Below, piece by piece: positions 62,300 to 64,000 of a stretch of 64,000 nt of DNA (position 1 is its first letter; each line of letters begins with the position of its first letter). Where the stretch lies: assembly GCA_963783935.1 (NCBI GenBank), contig CAWAPP010000007.1, positions 1,201,823 through 1,265,822 of the forward strand, given 5' to 3'. Position numbers and translations under genes: made by a program. The DNA comes from an uncultured Actinomycetota bacterium (GTDB lineage Bacteria; Actinomycetota; Actinomycetes; Streptosporangiales; Streptosporangiaceae). The notes under the pieces were generated by a model, which worked only from the letters and a program-made list of their open reading frames with translations, ran no database searches and had not been told where the DNA came from.

Positions 62300-63316
62300 A
62301 TGCCGCGGCTGAGGCTGGAGCCGTTCGGCGCTGAGGTCGAGTGCGCGCCCGGTGAGACCGTTCTCGGGGCGGTGCTCCGCAGCGGGTTCTACCTGCGGTA
62401 CGGGTGCAAGTTCGGCGGCTGCGGTACCTGCCGGGTGCGCCTCGTCGCGGGCGAGGTCGCGGATTCCGGGTCGACGTTCGCGCTGCCTTCGCCGGATCGC
62501 GACCTCGGGTGGATCCTGGCCTGCTCGTCCGCGCCGCTCGAAGATTGCGTGCTCGACGCGTCATCCATGGGGCTGAGCGAGCCCGAGTTCTTCGGCGGTG
62601 ACCGGGTTCAGGTCTTCGAGGCCACGCTGACCTCGGTCAGCCGGCTTACGCCCGCGATCTTCGGCGTCGAGTTGCGATTGATCGACCCGCCGGTCCTGTC
62701 GTTCAACGCCGGCCAGTTCGTCAACGTGGAGGTGCCAGGCACCGAACCACCGATGGCCAGAGCGTTCTCCCTGGCCAACGGACCGGCCGCCAGCGGGACG
62801 GTCGAGTTGCTGGTCAAGCGCCTGCCGGGCGGGGCCTTCTGCGGTTATCTGGAATCGGCGCGGCCTGATGATCGCTTGCGGTTGCACGGGCCTTTCGGGT
62901 TGCTGCGGATCCGGCCGTCCTACCGGAAGATGATCATGATTGCGGGCGGGTCTGGGCTCGCGCCGATCCTTTCGATGCTGACCGACCTGGCCGCGCAGGG
63001 GGACCGCCGGCCGGTGCGGCTGTTTTTCGGCGCGCGAACACAAGACGAGCTTTATCACCTGGACCGGATCGGCCGACTCTGCGAGGAGTCAGCTGAACTT
63101 GAGTTCGTTCCGGTCGTCGAGCGGCCTGGTGCCCTTTGGCCGGGCGAATTTGGCTTGGTGACCGACGCGGTGGCGAGGCTGATGCCGAGCCTGCGAGGCT
63201 ACGACGCTTACGTCTGCGGACCGCCTCCCATGGTCGCGGCGGCGCTTGAGTTGCTGCCGAGGCTAGGTGCGCGCGCACCCAACCTCTACTACGACGCCTT
63301 CCTTCCGGCCACCTAA
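62300..63316 (+). CDS. monooxygenase NADH:ferredoxin reductase component (plant-type 2Fe-2S + FNR-like FAD/NAD domains)
   Basis: CKFGGCGTCRV (C-x4-C-x2-C), RAFSLAN (RxYS-type FAD motif), MIAGGSGLAPILSM (NAD-binding). Confidence 0.9.
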   Translation: MPRLRLEPFGAEVECAPGETVLGAVLRSGFYLRYGCKFGGCGTCRVRLVAGEVADSGSTFALPSPDRDLGWILACSSAPLEDCVLDASSMGLSEPEFFGGDRVQVFEATLTSVSRLTPAIFGVELRLIDPPVLSFNAGQFVNVEVPGTEPPMARAFSLANGPAASGTVELLVKRLPGGAFCGYLESARPDDRLRLHGPFGLLRIRPSYRKMIMIAGGSGLAPILSMLTDLAAQGDRRPVRLFFGARTQDELYHLDRIGRLCEESAELEFVPVVERPGALWPGEFGLVTDAVARLMPSLRGYDAYVCGPPPMVAAALELLPRLGARAPNLYYDAFLPAT

Positions 63317-64000
63317 GGTCGCGGTCGGCACGTCCTGACGAGCGGCGGCATTGACCAGTGCCTGGACGAGACTGGCCGTGACGGGCCTGCCGGCCGTGCC
63401 GCTCGTGCCGGCCGTGCCGCTCGGATGCGTGATGGCCAGGACCTCGCGGCTGGCTCCCGGCAGTTCGGCCGCGCGGATCCCCGGATGCCTGGCGGCCCGC
63501 AGCGCCAGGCCGGGCAGGATCGTCGCGCCCAGGTCGGCCGCGGCGAGCGCCTGAGCGGTCAGGAAGTCATCGACCCGCAGGCAAATGTCCGGATTAAGGT
63601 CCGAGCGGCGGCACAGGTCAAGGAGAAAGCCGGCGCTGTGCTCGCCGGCCGCGATCCAGGGCAGGTCCTTTCTGGCCGCTAGCTGGGGTTCGGCCGACTC
63701 GGCGGTGACCAGGTAGACAGGCTCGGTCAGCAGGAGTTCTCCGCCAACGTCCGCCGGCGCGCCTTCGGCGCCGTCATGCAGGTACCTGTATACGAGCGCT
63801 ACGTCGACTTCGCTGGTCTTGAGCAGGTGCGTCGCCTCCGCTGGCTCGGCCTGCACCAGGTGCACCTCACAGTCGGGATGCTCGGAGCGCAGCGCCACCG
63901 CGGCCTCGGCGACCAGCGGGCCGATCGCCGAGCCGAACGAGGCGACTCGCACCCGGCCCTGCCGTTGCCGCACGTGCGTGGCCAGTTCCGCTTCGGCCGC
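63263..64000 (-). CDS. LysR family transcriptional regulator (substrate-binding domain; N-terminal HTH lies beyond window end)
   Basis: Frame stays open to base 64000 (..AAEAELATHVRQRQGRVRVASFGSAIGPLV..). LysR_substrate-like text. Converges on the reductase gene with a 54-nt overlap. Confidence 0.75.
   Translation of the reverse strand, partial: AAEAELATHVRQRQGRVRVASFGSAIGPLVAEAAVALRSEHPDCEVHLVQAEPAEATHLLKTSEVDVALVYRYLHDGAEGAPADVGGELLLTEPVYLVTAESAEPQLAARKDLPWIAAGEHSAGFLLDLCRRSDLNPDICLRVDDFLTAQALAAADLGATILPGLALRAARHPGIRAAELPGASREVLAITHPSGTAGTSGTAGRPVTASLVQALVNAAARQDVPTATLGGRKEGVVVEVGCART

Overview
This is a 64-kb segment of a high-G+C actinobacterial chromosome. Codon bias, twin-arginine signals and AftD/DUF2613/DUF3068 cell-envelope genes suggest an arabinan-containing actinomycete; I cannot name the species by eye. 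About 45 protein genes are supportable. I found no rRNA, tRNA or CRISPR array. All family assignments come from motifs read by eye, no searches were run, and repeat boundaries are approximate. Main points: (1) A tightly translationally coupled + strand operon (about 4952-17190) contains three tandem Shine-Dalgarno-led micro-ORFs that are absent from the supplied ORF track. They encode 16-18 aa Lys/Arg-rich peptides sharing an RRPx[IV]K(P[IV])KK motif. They sit among an NTP_transf_5-type nucleotidyltransferase, an M16 peptidase, two NDK-fold proteins, a PP-loop ATPase, a SAM-methyltransferase::PLP-enzyme fusion, an M28/DUF4910 peptidase, an MFS exporter and an AlkP-type phosphodiesterase. This is my best candidate for an undescribed peptide-modification (possibly peptide-nucleotide) system. 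(2) A visibly lower-G+C two-gene islet (2702-4431) encodes a protein with a catalytically dead ImmA/IrrE (M78)-like domain and is boxed in by repeats. (3) Six intergenic repeat clusters share a vocabulary of palindromic modules, including a ~120-bp hairpin element sitting in frame inside a condensation-domain gene. (4) An identical 16-bp palindromic operator occurs at two divergent promoters 17.7 kb apart, linking a TetR regulator to a split polyamine-type ABC transporter and amine-catabolism genes. (5) Several genes carry apparent frameshifts. (6) An alkene/propane-type soluble di-iron monooxygenase operon lies at the 3' end.
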